Positions 46,236-56,196 of a DNA stretch of 64,000 nt are shown here, piece after piece. The notes beneath the pieces were generated by a model, which ran no database searches, was not told the DNA's origin, and worked only from the letters and a program-made list of their open reading frames with translations. The position numbers and the translations under genes were made by a program. The DNA comes from a virus. Numbering within the stretch: the stretch's first letter is position 1; each line of letters begins with the position of its first letter. The stretch spans positions 1 to 64,000 of IMG/VR virus record IMGVR_UViG_3300044839_000009; one strand, given 5' to 3'.

Positions 46236-46568
46236 TCACGTCGCTTCCTTCACGTGCCGCGCACTCGGGTCTTGGTACACGATCTCGACGCTTCCGTCGG
46301 CGCGGACGATGGGACGCGAGCTGGCGGCGACCCGGGCGTGCGCGGCGGCGAACTCTTCAACCTCCCGGAGTGACATGCCCTTGGGAAAGGTGATGACGCC
46401 TGCGGCTTCTACGCGCGGGCCTGGCTGACCGAACGCCTGCTTCAGGTTGATGGCGAACCACGCGGCCGTGTTGGGCTCGGGTTCGATGCCGAACAGTTCC
46501 CATTCCAGGATTGCGATCTGCATCCGGTCCGGACGGCATGCGGGCTTCCGGCGGCGGGGCCACCTCAT
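46236..46568 (-). CDS. Hypothetical protein
   Basis: ATGA overlap; AAGGAG RBS. Confidence 0.5.
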   Translation of the reverse strand: MRWPRRRKPACRPDRMQIAILEWELFGIEPEPNTAAWFAINLKQAFGQPGPRVEAAGVITFPKGMSLREVEEFAAAHARVAASSRPIVRADGSVEIVYQDPSARHVKEAT

Positions 46569-46942
46569 CGCTGCTCCTTCCGTGGCCGACAGCAGTATTG
46601 CCGGTCGTCGCATTCGTCTACGGGGTGCCAGTCGCCCCGGCAGCCGCAGTCGCAGCCGCCCATCTTGCCTGCGGCCTTGAGCTTCCGCGCCTTCGCCATG
46701 AGGAGGTTTCCCGGGATCGGCCCGAGCGTCTTCTCCAGCTCGGTCTGGACGTCCCACCGCATCCGCCACGTGCCTGTCGGCCCGGCGCGCCGTACTGCGT
46801 CGAGGAACGCTTCGTCGGGGATGTCTTTGCACTGCATGCGACGGCTGCCGACCATACGGATCGTGACGGGCGGCTCGGGCGGCATGACGGGCTGACGCGG
46901 CAGCCAGAGGGTGCCGACGCGGCGGAAGTCGAACGTCATCAC
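46565..46942 (-). CDS. Hypothetical protein with GCDCGCRGD motif
   Basis: KDIPDEAFL...GCDCGCRGDW; GTGA overlap. Confidence 0.6.
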   Translation of the reverse strand: MMTFDFRRVGTLWLPRQPVMPPEPPVTIRMVGSRRMQCKDIPDEAFLDAVRRAGPTGTWRMRWDVQTELEKTLGPIPGNLLMAKARKLKAAGKMGGCDCGCRGDWHPVDECDDRQYCCRPRKEQR

Positions 46943-47262
46943 GGCGTCTCCTCGGTCCAGCCATAGCCTTCAGCCCGGCTGACGGGGTGTTTGTCGGTGT
47001 ACGCAGTTTGGTAGCCGTCGCATTTCGTGCAGTGCCTGCGGCGCTTCGGCCTCCCGTCGCTGGGCAGGGGCGCCCAGGGCCCGTAACTGTGGTCGACGCA
47101 GGGCAGCGGTGTCTGCGAAGGATCGTTGAGCCATTCGATGCAGGTCTCGTGAGCACGTAGTCCGCCCCAGTGCGTAAGACCGTCCGGGTCATGCATGCCG
47201 CATATCCGACACGTTCCGGGCGGAGATGGGATTCCGGCCCGGTACCTCGGCAGATGCGTCAC
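46939..47262 (-). CDS. Cys-rich hypothetical protein
   Basis: GTGA overlap; ends AEGYGWTEETP. Confidence 0.5.
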   Translation of the reverse strand: MTHLPRYRAGIPSPPGTCRICGMHDPDGLTHWGGLRAHETCIEWLNDPSQTPLPCVDHSYGPWAPLPSDGRPKRRRHCTKCDGYQTAYTDKHPVSRAEGYGWTEETP

Positions 47263-47711
47263 GGCGTCTCCTCGGTCCAGCCCCAGCCTTCGGCGAGGGC
47301 GACGACCGTCGCGCAGTTCCCGCGCCCTTCGGGGACGCCGTCCCAGTTGTGGCAGGTCTCGCAGCCGAACCCGGCCGACTGCAGGCCGCATCCCGGGTTG
47401 ATGACTCTCGTCGTGTACGGGTGCGCTTCGAGGATCTTCCGGTCGCTCGCGATGCGGCGCAGCACCGCATCAGGGTCAGGCAGGAACGCATCGAACGCCG
47501 GGTGCAGCTCGATCCACGAAGCGTGGGTCACCTGCTCCCGCATCTTCGTCCGAGAGCGCAGCACCGGAGCTCCGGCGCGGTTCTCCAGCGCGTGGTAGCC
47601 GCCTTCCGGATCAGTGCGACGAGCCCACATCCATGGGCCCTTCGGCAGCGCGCTGGCTACCATCTCGGCCCGTTTGTGCGCGGCTTCCAGGAACTCGACT
47701 GGTCTGGTCAC
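47259..47711 (-). CDS. DUF6221-like protein
   Basis: DPDAVLRRIASDRKILEAH...LAEGWGW. Confidence 0.65.
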   Translation of the reverse strand: MTRPVEFLEAAHKRAEMVASALPKGPWMWARRTDPEGGYHALENRAGAPVLRSRTKMREQVTHASWIELHPAFDAFLPDPDAVLRRIASDRKILEAHPYTTRVINPGCGLQSAGFGCETCHNWDGVPEGRGNCATVVALAEGWGWTEETP

Positions 47712-48112
47712 TGCTGCTCTTCCTTCCAGCCCCAGCCCTCGGCCATGGCGCGGATGACGGCTTCCAGGACCGCCGTGCGTTCGCGGCCCCGGTCTGACTC
47801 GCCATCCCAGGTGACGCCTTCGGCCTCGTACTCGGCGCGCGCCTTCTCGTACTCGGCGAGGGTCTTCCGGTCGGCGGCGATCCGGCGGAGCGTCGCCTGC
47901 GGGTCGTGGCGGGCGATGTGGGCGACCAGTTCGGGTGCCGTGTATCCGTAGGCGTCAGCGAGGAACGGACCGGGGTGGTTGCTGGCGTCATCGCTGTACA
48001 GTCCGCTGTCCGAACCGCGCCAGCCAGGGGCGCCAGTCTCGGCCGCTGCCGCTTCGGCGTCTCGCTGCGCCGCATCCAGGGCGGCCGCGAGGAAGGCGAG
48101 GGGGTCAGTCAC
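47708..48112 (-). CDS. DUF6221-like protein (paralog)
   Basis: HIARHDPQATLRRIAADRKTL...MAEGWGW. Confidence 0.7.
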   Translation of the reverse strand: MTDPLAFLAAALDAAQRDAEAAAAETGAPGWRGSDSGLYSDDASNHPGPFLADAYGYTAPELVAHIARHDPQATLRRIAADRKTLAEYEKARAEYEAEGVTWDGESDRGRERTAVLEAVIRAMAEGWGWKEEQQ

Positions 48113-48350
48113 TCGTTCCGCCCATCAGGTCAGGGTGCTCGGCGAACATCGCGTCAGCCTCGCGCCGCCGTGCGTCCACTGCCTCGGCTGTCGGCTCCGT
48201 GTACACGGCGGAGCAGCTACCGCACAGCCAGCGTCGGATGCCGTTGCCGAGGTCGCCGTAGGTGGTGATGTAGTGCTGCTCACCGTCGTCATGTCCGCAG
48301 GACGTCACCGGGCCGCCGTCGGGCTGAGGCAGTGCGTGGCGATCGCTCAT
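48105..48350 (-). CDS. Small Cys-containing protein, leaderless
   Basis: CATACT, 6 nt, then ATG; CGH...CGSC. Confidence 0.5.
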   Translation of the reverse strand: MSDRHALPQPDGGPVTSCGHDDGEQHYITTYGDLGNGIRRWLCGSCSAVYTEPTAEAVDARRREADAMFAEHPDLMGGTSD

Positions 48351-48658
48351 GCCGTCAGTATGCGACCCCCGCCGACCCCAATCCCTCGCATTCCGCCCCC
48401 AGCCAGACGCCCCGCCGGTCACACTGCCCTCATGGCCACGGTCGTCAGTGTGCAGGCGGATACCCGGCAGGAGTGTGCCGCCGAGGTGGACTGGCAGGTC
48501 GAGCACCGCGGCGCCGTCCCCGTGCTCCCGCCGATGCTGCCGACGGGGTCCCGCCGGTGGATCGCCCGCGTGAGCGTCCCCGACCCGCAGCCGGCCCCCG
48601 CACAGCATTGAGGCCGCCGCGCACGGGGGGTGCGAGACGGCCTCAGGGGTGGGGCGGC

Positions 48659-49270
48659 TCAGTGTTCAGTGGCCTCCTCCTTCTCCTTGTCACCGAACAG
48701 GATTTCGGCGGCGATGCCGAATCCGGCGAGTTCGGGGTGTTCGTCGAGGATCCGCCGGTGCTCGAACGCTTCGCGCAGCTGTGCGGCATGCAGGGCGGCC
48801 TCGGCGACGTCACGTGCGCCGCGAACCTTGGTTTCGGCGAGGGTCTCCTTGTGCTGGTATTCGGCCCGGGCCCGCTCCAGCGCGCGCAGGTGTTGGAGTT
48901 CGGCCCTGCGGTCGTCGCGCCAGTAGCGGGCGGCCATGGCGTAGGTGGCGATGGTCGCGATCAGCCAGAGCAGGATCGGCAACGGCAACGGGTCGGTGTA
49001 GGCGGCGACTCCGGCCAAGGCGAACGTGCCGGCTCCGGCGAAGCCGAGGGCGGTGATGGCGGGGTCGCCGTGCGGTTTGCATGCGGACACGAGTCCGCCG
49101 AAGCCCGACCCGGCGGCGAAGGCGCCCATGAGGAATGCGGCGCCCACGGAGTGTTCGGCGCCGTTGATGTTCCATGCGCGGGCGGCGGCGAGGATGGTGG
49201 TGGTGGCGATGGCGGGCGCGGCCCGGGCGGTGAGGCGGCCGAGGCGGGCCGCGGTGTCGGTGGTGGTCAT
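48659..49270 (-). CDS. Multi-pass membrane protein (spread-type)
   Basis: About four hydrophobic segments and a coiled tail; last gene of the tra operon. Confidence 0.65.
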   Translation of the reverse strand: MTTTDTAARLGRLTARAAPAIATTTILAAARAWNINGAEHSVGAAFLMGAFAAGSGFGGLVSACKPHGDPAITALGFAGAGTFALAGVAAYTDPLPLPILLWLIATIATYAMAARYWRDDRRAELQHLRALERARAEYQHKETLAETKVRGARDVAEAALHAAQLREAFEHRRILDEHPELAGFGIAAEILFGDKEKEEATEH

Positions 49271-49467
49271 CGCTGGTCCCGCCTGGTGCGTCGCTTGCTG
49301 GTGCGCCAGCCCCAAGGCCCGGGCAGGTCGCCGGAAGTGGTGGTGCGGCCGGTGCTGGACCAGGTGCGCTTGAGCCACTTCGGGCCGATGGTGATGGACC
49401 GGGACTTCTTTCCGATGTTCACCCGGACGCCGGGCGCGATCTTGAACGACTTGCGGAAGGTGAGCAT
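49267..49467 (-). CDS. DUF4236-like protein
   Basis: FRKSFKIAPGVRVNIGKKSRSITIG. Confidence 0.75.
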   Translation of the reverse strand: MLTFRKSFKIAPGVRVNIGKKSRSITIGPKWLKRTWSSTGRTTTSGDLPGPWGWRTSKRRTRRDQR

Positions 49468-49488
49468 GACGGGACTCCTTGAGGTGAG

Positions 49489-50268
49489 TTACGGACGCGC
49501 TCCGACGGCGGCTTTGCCGGTGCCGTGGCAAGGTGCGCAGGTGGCCGTGATCTGCTGGCCGCCGAACGCGGAGTAGAGGGCGCCGTTGCCGGCGCAGCAC
49601 CAGCACTTCCCTTCGCGGGCGGCCCGGGCGGGGCTGATGTGCTTGTTCTGCTTCTCCCATTCGGCGTCGGTCATGGCAGGCCCGGTGTTGGCCTTCGTGA
49701 CGGCGGGGGTCGCGGCAGGGGTGGGCGTGTTGCTGGTGGCGGGCTTGGCGTTCTCGGGGAGCTGCTGGTACCAGGCGCCGCCGACGGACTGCCCGCTGTG
49801 CTTCTTCCGCTCGTGGGTACGCAGCGCGGCGGTCGCGGCTTTGGCGTCGCGGTAGCGGGCCTTCTCCCGTTTGCCGCAGGGGCACTTCCAGCCCATGAGC
49901 CCGCTGTTCTTGTCGACGCCGAACCGGGCCTGCTTGGCGACCTGCACCCGGGAGACCTTCATCGTCTTCGGGGTGGCGGTACACGACTTGGAGCCGGTGA
50001 GACGCCCGTCCTTGCCGTGGGTGGCGATCGTGCCGGTGCCGTGGCACTTCGCGCAGCCCTCGTGGGTGGCGCGGAGGATCGCGGCGTCCTTGCGGGTACG
50101 GACGGTGTCGCGGCGGGACTCGGCGAAGCGGACGATGAGCATGGTCAGCCGGAGTGCGGCCCGCTGGCCGAGGGTCTTGCCGCGGGGCGGCCGGCGGGTG
50201 ACGGACTTGCGGGTCACCACCTTCTTCCGGGTGGTTGTGCGGCGGGCGGGCCGCTTCTTCGCTGCCAT
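49489..50268 (-). CDS. Basic Zn-finger protein with CxxCxGxG repeats
   Basis: CAKCHGTG, CWCCAGNG, CAPCHGTG. Confidence 0.7.
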   Translation of the reverse strand: MAAKKRPARRTTTRKKVVTRKSVTRRPPRGKTLGQRAALRLTMLIVRFAESRRDTVRTRKDAAILRATHEGCAKCHGTGTIATHGKDGRLTGSKSCTATPKTMKVSRVQVAKQARFGVDKNSGLMGWKCPCGKREKARYRDAKAATAALRTHERKKHSGQSVGGAWYQQLPENAKPATSNTPTPAATPAVTKANTGPAMTDAEWEKQNKHISPARAAREGKCWCCAGNGALYSAFGGQQITATCAPCHGTGKAAVGARP

Positions 50269-50309
50269 GGTCGGGCTCTCCTCGGGTTCGGAACGAATGT
50301 GGATCTTTC

Positions 50310-50450
50310 GGGTGTCTATGGGGGCGTCTACACCCCGTCTTGAGGGCGTCTACAGGGCGTCTGGCCTGCGGGGATAGACAGCGGCAAGACGCCCCGTAGA
50401 CGGGCCATAGTCGGGGGTTAGACGGCCCCTAGACGGGGGTCAAGACGGGG
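50310..50450. repeat. clt-like array: 12 (T/A)AGACG-type repeats with 11-bp periodicity
   Basis: Reverse copies at 50313, 50325, 50336, 50347, 50358; forward copies at 50375, 50386, 50397, 50408, 50419, 50430, 50442. Confidence 0.8.
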
Positions 50451-52542
50451 CAAGTAGGGCATTGGCTGCCGCCTCCACCGTTGAGCGCATCCAGCCGCGA
50501 ACCTGCGGCTTGTTGTTCCAGCTCTGCCGCGACGCGGTCGCCCCGGGCACCAGATCCGCCAACAGAGACTGCAGCTCCGCGCCATCGGCGGCGATCTTTT
50601 CGTCGATGATCAGAGCGGTCGGCAGGAACGTGGACCGCTCCTCCTCGAACAGGCCCAGCAGTGCGGAGATCTTCAAGGCGCGGGCGTCGTCGACGAGCAT
50701 CAGGCGATCCGACAGCGACAAGCCGCCATCGCCAGACATCGACTCGGGCCCGTACTCGTCCGCCAGGTGCAGCAGCTTCGCCTCAGCGAGCGTGTCGTAG
50801 TCGAACCACGGACGGCCCGCAGCCTTGCGCTCCTCAACGGCCCGCCGGATGCCCCCGTTCGAGTGCTCGTTCCACCCGTACAGCAGCGCCCGAACCAGAC
50901 CAGCACCCTTGATGTAGGACCGGCCCGCGTCGTTCTTGATGTCCTTGTTCTGCGCAGGCTCCAGCCGGTCCGGACGGAACCCAGCCGCACCGGCACCCGG
51001 ACCGAACACGAGGCGGATGTCGTCGAAGCGGGAAGCGAGCATCACGCGGAACGTGAACGAGTCCGCCACGGCGTCACCGAGGCTGTCGCTGGTGGCGTCC
51101 TGGCCGGCGGCGATCGGGAACATACCCACCTGCTTGCCGAGGCGGCAGAGCTGAATGAACAGCTCCTTCGCCTTCTGGCTGAGGTAGATGAACTCGTCTA
51201 CGCAGGGATAGATGTCGGGGTACTCGCGGGACGCCACCCACGTGTCGCCCATCTTGAGCCTGTTGCGGACCACATTGCGGGCCTCGGCCATCTTCACGAG
51301 GTAGCCGAGCCACAGTTCGCAGTCCTTGTTGCCGCGGATCGGGGGGACGGCCATGACGCCTTCGAACTCGCGCAGTCCGTCCTTGACGGGGTCGAGGTCG
51401 AGGGCGATCGCGTTGTGACAGGCCGTGATGACCTCGGCCAGGTCGCGCAGGACACCGGTGGTCTTCGCAGACCCGGACGATCCGATGACGAGGATGCGGA
51501 GGCCTTCGAGGACCACGTCGAGGGCGGTGCCGTCCATGCAGCGGCCGAAGTTGTGCGGGTCGGAGATGCTGAGGCTGTTCGGGGCGTGAACGGTCGGCTT
51601 GGGCATGTCGGCGAACGGGTCGCCGGTGACGAGCCGCAGCGTGATGTGGGCCCGGTTGCTGGCGTCTGTTTCGACGAGGAGGCCGCCGGACCGGAGGTGC
51701 ATGTGGGCTTCGAGTTTGTCGGCGGCCTTGTTGACGTCGTCGGGGGTGGAGCCCTTGAGGTCGATGTCGACCTCCCAGCCCCAGCCGCGGTGCCCCAGGA
51801 TGTCGACGCGACGAGTGCCGATGCCTTCGTAGGTCAGTGCGCGGCCCAGGCACTCCTCGACCTGCTGGCCACCGGTGCACCAGGCGAGCGGGAACGGCTC
51901 TTCTCCGTCGTCGGCGTCGGCGGCGGCGATCAGCTCCTGCGGGGCGAGCTTGTTCTCGAGCCGGTACCGGCCGTACAGGGTGAGGAGCGCCCCGGCAGCG
52001 AGGGCTTCGGTGCCGGGGGCGACGGCCCACGAGTAGTCCACCGCGGTGAGGCCGGCGTACTTCACGAGCGCCCACCACGACGCCAGGTCCGTAGCCACGG
52101 TCCCGGCGGCGAGCCAGCCCAGGGTGCGCCAGCGCTTCTTGCGGGTGATCTCGACCTTGTTCCAGTCGGCGCCCCGGCTCATGCCGCCGATGACCTCCTG
52201 GAGGTCGTGGGCGCGGACGTACCGGTAGCCGAGGTGTCCAGCGGCTTTGGCGCCGTGACCGAAGTAGTAGGTGAGTCCACACGCCCGGCGCGCCGACAGG
52301 CCGACGACGCGGCCGGTGCGCGAGGCGACGACCATGGCGGCGGACGCGCCCCGGTAGAGGACGGGCGGGCGGGGCGTGTAGTACTCGACGACGCCCGGCG
52401 CGATGTCGTCCTCGTCTCCGTGGGGCTGCGGGATGACCTCGCCGACGATCGTCTCCGTCACGCCCGCGGGCTTCATGAAGTCGGGCACGTCGAGGTCGTC
52501 GGCCGGGTCGGCGGGCGGACGGTGGAAGCCGTTGATGGTCAC
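50440..52542 (-). CDS. traB: FtsK/SpoIIIE-like conjugative DNA translocase (TraB type)
   Basis: N-terminal membrane segments, Walker A GSSGSAKT, Walker B CVDEF, RLGKQ, AAGQ, C-terminal wHTH-like region. Confidence 0.75.
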   Translation of the reverse strand: MTINGFHRPPADPADDLDVPDFMKPAGVTETIVGEVIPQPHGDEDDIAPGVVEYYTPRPPVLYRGASAAMVVASRTGRVVGLSARRACGLTYYFGHGAKAAGHLGYRYVRAHDLQEVIGGMSRGADWNKVEITRKKRWRTLGWLAAGTVATDLASWWALVKYAGLTAVDYSWAVAPGTEALAAGALLTLYGRYRLENKLAPQELIAAADADDGEEPFPLAWCTGGQQVEECLGRALTYEGIGTRRVDILGHRGWGWEVDIDLKGSTPDDVNKAADKLEAHMHLRSGGLLVETDASNRAHITLRLVTGDPFADMPKPTVHAPNSLSISDPHNFGRCMDGTALDVVLEGLRILVIGSSGSAKTTGVLRDLAEVITACHNAIALDLDPVKDGLREFEGVMAVPPIRGNKDCELWLGYLVKMAEARNVVRNRLKMGDTWVASREYPDIYPCVDEFIYLSQKAKELFIQLCRLGKQVGMFPIAAGQDATSDSLGDAVADSFTFRVMLASRFDDIRLVFGPGAGAAGFRPDRLEPAQNKDIKNDAGRSYIKGAGLVRALLYGWNEHSNGGIRRAVEERKAAGRPWFDYDTLAEAKLLHLADEYGPESMSGDGGLSLSDRLMLVDDARALKISALLGLFEEERSTFLPTALIIDEKIAADGAELQSLLADLVPGATASRQSWNNKPQVRGWMRSTVEAAANALLAPS

Positions 52543-52563
52543 GGTCGAACTCCTCTCAGGTGG

Positions 52564-53979
52564 TCAGTTGGCGGGGCTGGTGGCGGTCTGCTCGATGGAT
52601 GCCTGCCGCTTCGCGAGCGGGCTGTTCGGCTGCGCGTCGCCGGGCGTGCGGAGCGGCGGGATGCCGCCGTTGTTGCGGCGTCCGTCGGGGGCGTCGGGGT
52701 CACGCTTCGCGCGTGGTGCCTTTTGGGATTCGACCTGTGACAATGCGTCACCGGGAGCGATCTCCATGGCGGCCTTCATCCGGGCCTGAGCGAGACGGCT
52801 CAGCTCCTCGATGTCGGGCGTGATGCCGACCGTCCGGGAGCCGGTGACGCGAGACCAGGCGTCGCTCCAAATCTGCTCGGTGACGAACTGCGAACCACGC
52901 GCGGAACGCATCGCCTCGGCGACCTCCCACACCTGCGGGTGGCCCTCCTTGCGGTCCTCGTCCCGGCGCTTCTGCTCGGCCCCGGCTTGCTTCTGCTGCT
53001 CGGCCTTCTCGGCGGCGGCCTTCTTCGCGGCGGCGTCCTTCTCTGCCTTCGCCTTCTCCCGGTCGGCCGCCTCCTTGGCCTTCGCCTTGTCGCTGGCGCG
53101 GCGCTCCCGGAGCGACGGGATGCCGTCAGCCTTCTGGGCGATGCCATGCTCGTAGGCCATGAGGACGATCGGGCCACCAAGAGAAGCGAGGGCACCAATC
53201 AGTCCGGCGTTCAGGCCGATCGCGGGGTCGGTGAGGCCGTGCCACAGGTTGACACCAGCGGCGATCATCGCGCCGAACATGATGCCGATCCGGTACGGCA
53301 TTACGTCACGGCGGTGAGCGACCGCCCAAGCTGCGCCACACGCCAACACCAACGCCAGGCCTTCGAGCAGGGCCGGGGCCGCCACCATGAACTTGCGCTC
53401 GGGGTCCCAGAAGGCGATGAACTGCACCGGCGCGGCGATGATCAGACCCACGGCGTAGATACCGCGGGCGCCCCACTTCCACAGAGACTCGGTGCGCTGC
53501 TGCTCGGCGGCACGCTCGGCTTCACGCTGAGCCTCGTCCTCCGCAGCCTTGTCGGACTTCTCCTTGGCGGCCTTCGCGGATGCTTCCTCGTTGGCCTTCT
53601 TGGCGAGGTATGCAACCTGGTCGGCCTGGTCGCGCTCCAGCTTCATGCGGGCGCGCTCGTTGGTGATCCGCAGCCGCTCTGCCTCCTCGGCGGCCTTGAT
53701 CTCAACGGCCTTCGCCTCGGCCTCGGCACGGATGCGCCGCTCCTCAGCCTCAGCCTCGGCACGGGTGCGGATGGCCTCGGCCTCGGCCTCCGCAATCGGG
53801 TCGACTCCAGGGGCGGTGGCGGTCTTGGCGACCACGGGAGCGGCCTCGACGGTCTCGGGCGCCTCGGCCTGGCGCTCCCACACGGTGGCACCGCGGTCGA
53901 AGTTGATCGGCTGCCAGGGTCCGAGCTCGCGGACGGCAGGCCGCTTGGTGCCGTTCATCTGGGTCGGGCCGGCGTTCAC
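52564..53979 (-). CDS. Coiled-coil multi-pass membrane protein (Spd/DUF2637-like)
   Basis: About four transmembrane segments between Ala/Glu/Lys coiled coils; upstream of the traB-like gene. Confidence 0.65.
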   Translation of the reverse strand: MNAGPTQMNGTKRPAVRELGPWQPINFDRGATVWERQAEAPETVEAAPVVAKTATAPGVDPIAEAEAEAIRTRAEAEAEERRIRAEAEAKAVEIKAAEEAERLRITNERARMKLERDQADQVAYLAKKANEEASAKAAKEKSDKAAEDEAQREAERAAEQQRTESLWKWGARGIYAVGLIIAAPVQFIAFWDPERKFMVAAPALLEGLALVLACGAAWAVAHRRDVMPYRIGIMFGAMIAAGVNLWHGLTDPAIGLNAGLIGALASLGGPIVLMAYEHGIAQKADGIPSLRERRASDKAKAKEAADREKAKAEKDAAAKKAAAEKAEQQKQAGAEQKRRDEDRKEGHPQVWEVAEAMRSARGSQFVTEQIWSDAWSRVTGSRTVGITPDIEELSRLAQARMKAAMEIAPGDALSQVESQKAPRAKRDPDAPDGRRNNGGIPPLRTPGDAQPNSPLAKRQASIEQTATSPAN

Positions 53980-54015
53980 GACTGATCTCCTGTCTGGTTG
54001 ATGCGGGGTGGGTGG

Positions 54016-54315
54016 TTACGCGGCGGGCCGGCTGGCCCATCCGCGGTGGAACTCGGCGGTGAACGCGTCGGCCATGCCGACGCCGATGGTCTGACCGACC
54101 GGCGGCTTCCCCGCCCGGGCCGCGGCCTCGAACTCCAGCCGGGCCGCGAACGTCGCCGCCAGCCCGATCAGCGCCCGGGCCGCACGCAGACCGAACACCG
54201 CCAGACCGAGCAGCAGGGGGCCGCTCCACACCAGGACACGAGGGATCCAGCGGCCCAGCCAGCGCACGGCCTGCTGGCGCCGGGACGGCTTCGCGGTGAT
54301 CAGATAGGCGTGCAT
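54016..54315 (-). CDS. Small membrane protein
   Basis: Hydrophobic segment; AAGGAGG RBS. Confidence 0.55.
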   Translation of the reverse strand: MHAYLITAKPSRRQQAVRWLGRWIPRVLVWSGPLLLGLAVFGLRAARALIGLAATFAARLEFEAAARAGKPPVGQTIGVGMADAFTAEFHRGWASRPAA

Positions 54316-54340
54316 GACGGGCCTCCTTCAGGGGTCGGGG

Positions 54341-54577
54341 TCAGTCGCTGTCGGACGTGACGGTCTTCGCTCGCTGCCACGCAGCCCACAGGTGGCCGAG
54401 GCCCATGTAGACGCTGGTGAAGCTGCCGAACAACGCGAACAAGCCCCACGCGAACGGCATGTGGTGCGCGACGAGCTGGGTGCCGAGAAGCACGGCGAAG
54501 ACGAGGGCGATTGCGGCGAACACCCAGTAGGCGATGCTGTCGTCACGGGCCTGGGCGGGCTTGTCGGTGGCGGTCAC
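54341..54577 (-). CDS. Small two-helix membrane protein
   Basis: IAYWVFAAIALVFAVLLG...; AAAGGA RBS. Confidence 0.55.
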   Translation of the reverse strand: MTATDKPAQARDDSIAYWVFAAIALVFAVLLGTQLVAHHMPFAWGLFALFGSFTSVYMGLGHLWAAWQRAKTVTSDSD

Positions 54578-54620
54578 GATGGTCCTTTCAGTGGTCGGGA
54601 TCCGGTCGGGATGGCGGGGG

Positions 54621-54849
54621 CTAGTTGGTGCGGACGCGCCGTGAGTCGTTGATGGAGTCGGCGAGGAGTCGCCTGGCGTCGATGCCGCGCGGCACGGCGA
54701 AGTCGTGCCTGCGCGGGCACCGCAGGCGGGCCTGGCCACCCGCGCGCCCGTGGACCGTCAGGCCCGTGCGGGCGCTGCACGACGGGCACACGGCGGCGAC
54801 ACCGCCGCCGGTGATCTCGCCGTCATAGGTGGTCTCGAAGTAGTTCATG
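54621..54849 (-). CDS. Small Zn-ribbon protein
   Basis: CPSC...CPRRH. Confidence 0.5.
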
Positions 54850-55146
54850 GGGTTCCTTCCGAGTCGGGCGGTACGGGGTCGCTGGCTGTTCTCCTTGGTG
54901 CTCACCCGGGGGCTGAGCACCGCGGACAGCAGTCAGCTCTTCGCGGCCTGCTCTTCGGCCCAGTCGGCGAGGCGCGTCTGACGGTCGGCGGCTTCGGTGT
55001 CGCCGTTGCGCTCGTGCCTCTCGGCGTTGCGACGGGACTGCTTGGCTTCGGCGGCGAAGTTCTGACTGTCGGTGTTGGTGGACGACTGGCCGGAGCGGTT
55101 GAACAGGCCCATGGCTGGGTCCTTTCGGGTCGCGGTGCGGGGCTGG

Positions 55147-55497
55147 TCAGAGACCGAGGACGTGGTACGGGAACGGCTCGTGCTCCATCCCGACGCCGAA
55201 ACTCTTGATCCAGTACCAGTGGAACGGGAACTCCCGGACGCCCAACTCCATGAGGGCGATGGCCCGGTGGTGCCCGTCACCGACGTACACGTCGTCCGGG
55301 AAGCGCTCGGAGATGCCCAGCTCAATCGGCTTCCGCAGCCCGACCTTCGCGATCGACTCCTTCAGCTCCTCAACCAGCTTCCGGTCCTTCCCGGGGCGGG
55401 CGAACTCGCGCTCGGCGTCAGCCCACTTCCGGAACTGGATCGGACGGATCTTGCTGTCGGTGAGGAGCGACGTCCGCATCTGGCCCAGGTACTTCAT
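55147..55497 (-). CDS. ParB/Srx N-terminal domain protein
   Basis: LKESIAKVGLRKPI...GDGHHRAIA. Confidence 0.75.
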   Translation of the reverse strand: MKYLGQMRTSLLTDSKIRPIQFRKWADAEREFARPGKDRKLVEELKESIAKVGLRKPIELGISERFPDDVYVGDGHHRAIALMELGVREFPFHWYWIKSFGVGMEHEPFPYHVLGL

Positions 55498-55830
55498 CGG
55501 TCGATCCCTTCAGGTAAGTGGGGCGGGGGGTGGGTCACCGGGTTCGGGTCTGGCTGGGGGAGCCGTAAGCCACCCGAACCCGGCGGTCTGTGGGTTCAGC
55601 GGGGCCGGTTCTCGCTGCGCCGGTTGGCCTCAGCGACCCTGCGGGCCAGCTCGGCACGCTCGGACTCGGTCACGGTCACCACCCCCACACATCTGCTTCG
55701 TGACGCGACAGGGGACGGGACGGGGCCTGGGTCGGCTGCGCGGCGATCGCCTTACGGAGGGCGGCCTCGACGACCGACAGTGCGGCGACCTTCGGCGGCA
55801 AGGGCGGGATGGCGGGCGGCGTGGGCTGAG

Positions 55831-56196
55831 TCATTCGTCCCACGTCCCGTCGCACAGCGCGTAGGTGACGGCGACCGCACCAGCGGTGTCGGCCTTCGCG
55901 GGATTGGCGTACCAGTCCTCTTCGGCGCAGTCGCACACCTCGAAGTCGGCCTCGCTACACCCCTCGATGTGCCGCTCGAACACCACCCAGTCGCGGTCGA
56001 CGTTGCCCTGCAAGGTCAGCGCGCCACTGTTGGGGGTCTCCACGATGCGGAGCCGCCGCACGATCTCGTCCTCGTCGATGTGCCCGAGGAACAAGGTGCG
56101 GTCCCAGTTGTCCGCCATGACCGGCGCGAACGCCTCGACGGGAATCGGGGTGCCGGCACGGTCGACGAGGACCTCGGTCAGGGTCAGGGCGATCAC
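55831..56196 (-). CDS. Hypothetical protein
   Basis: GTGA overlap; acidic with Cys/His. Confidence 0.5.
   Translation of the reverse strand: MIALTLTEVLVDRAGTPIPVEAFAPVMADNWDRTLFLGHIDEDEIVRRLRIVETPNSGALTLQGNVDRDWVVFERHIEGCSEADFEVCDCAEEDWYANPAKADTAGAVAVTYALCDGTWDE

Noticed and set aside
48351-48380. Another copy of the TGTC-N11 promoter motif
   Set aside because: The sequence is GGTCG and the spacing to CATACT is one base short, so it was not counted.
50310-50450. CRISPR array
   Set aside because: Repeats are 6-9 bp with an 11-bp period, there are no spacers, and no cas genes are present. No CRISPR array was seen anywhere in the window.
55147-55497. ParABS plasmid partition system
   Set aside because: Only a short ParB/Srx domain without HTH; no ParA in the window.
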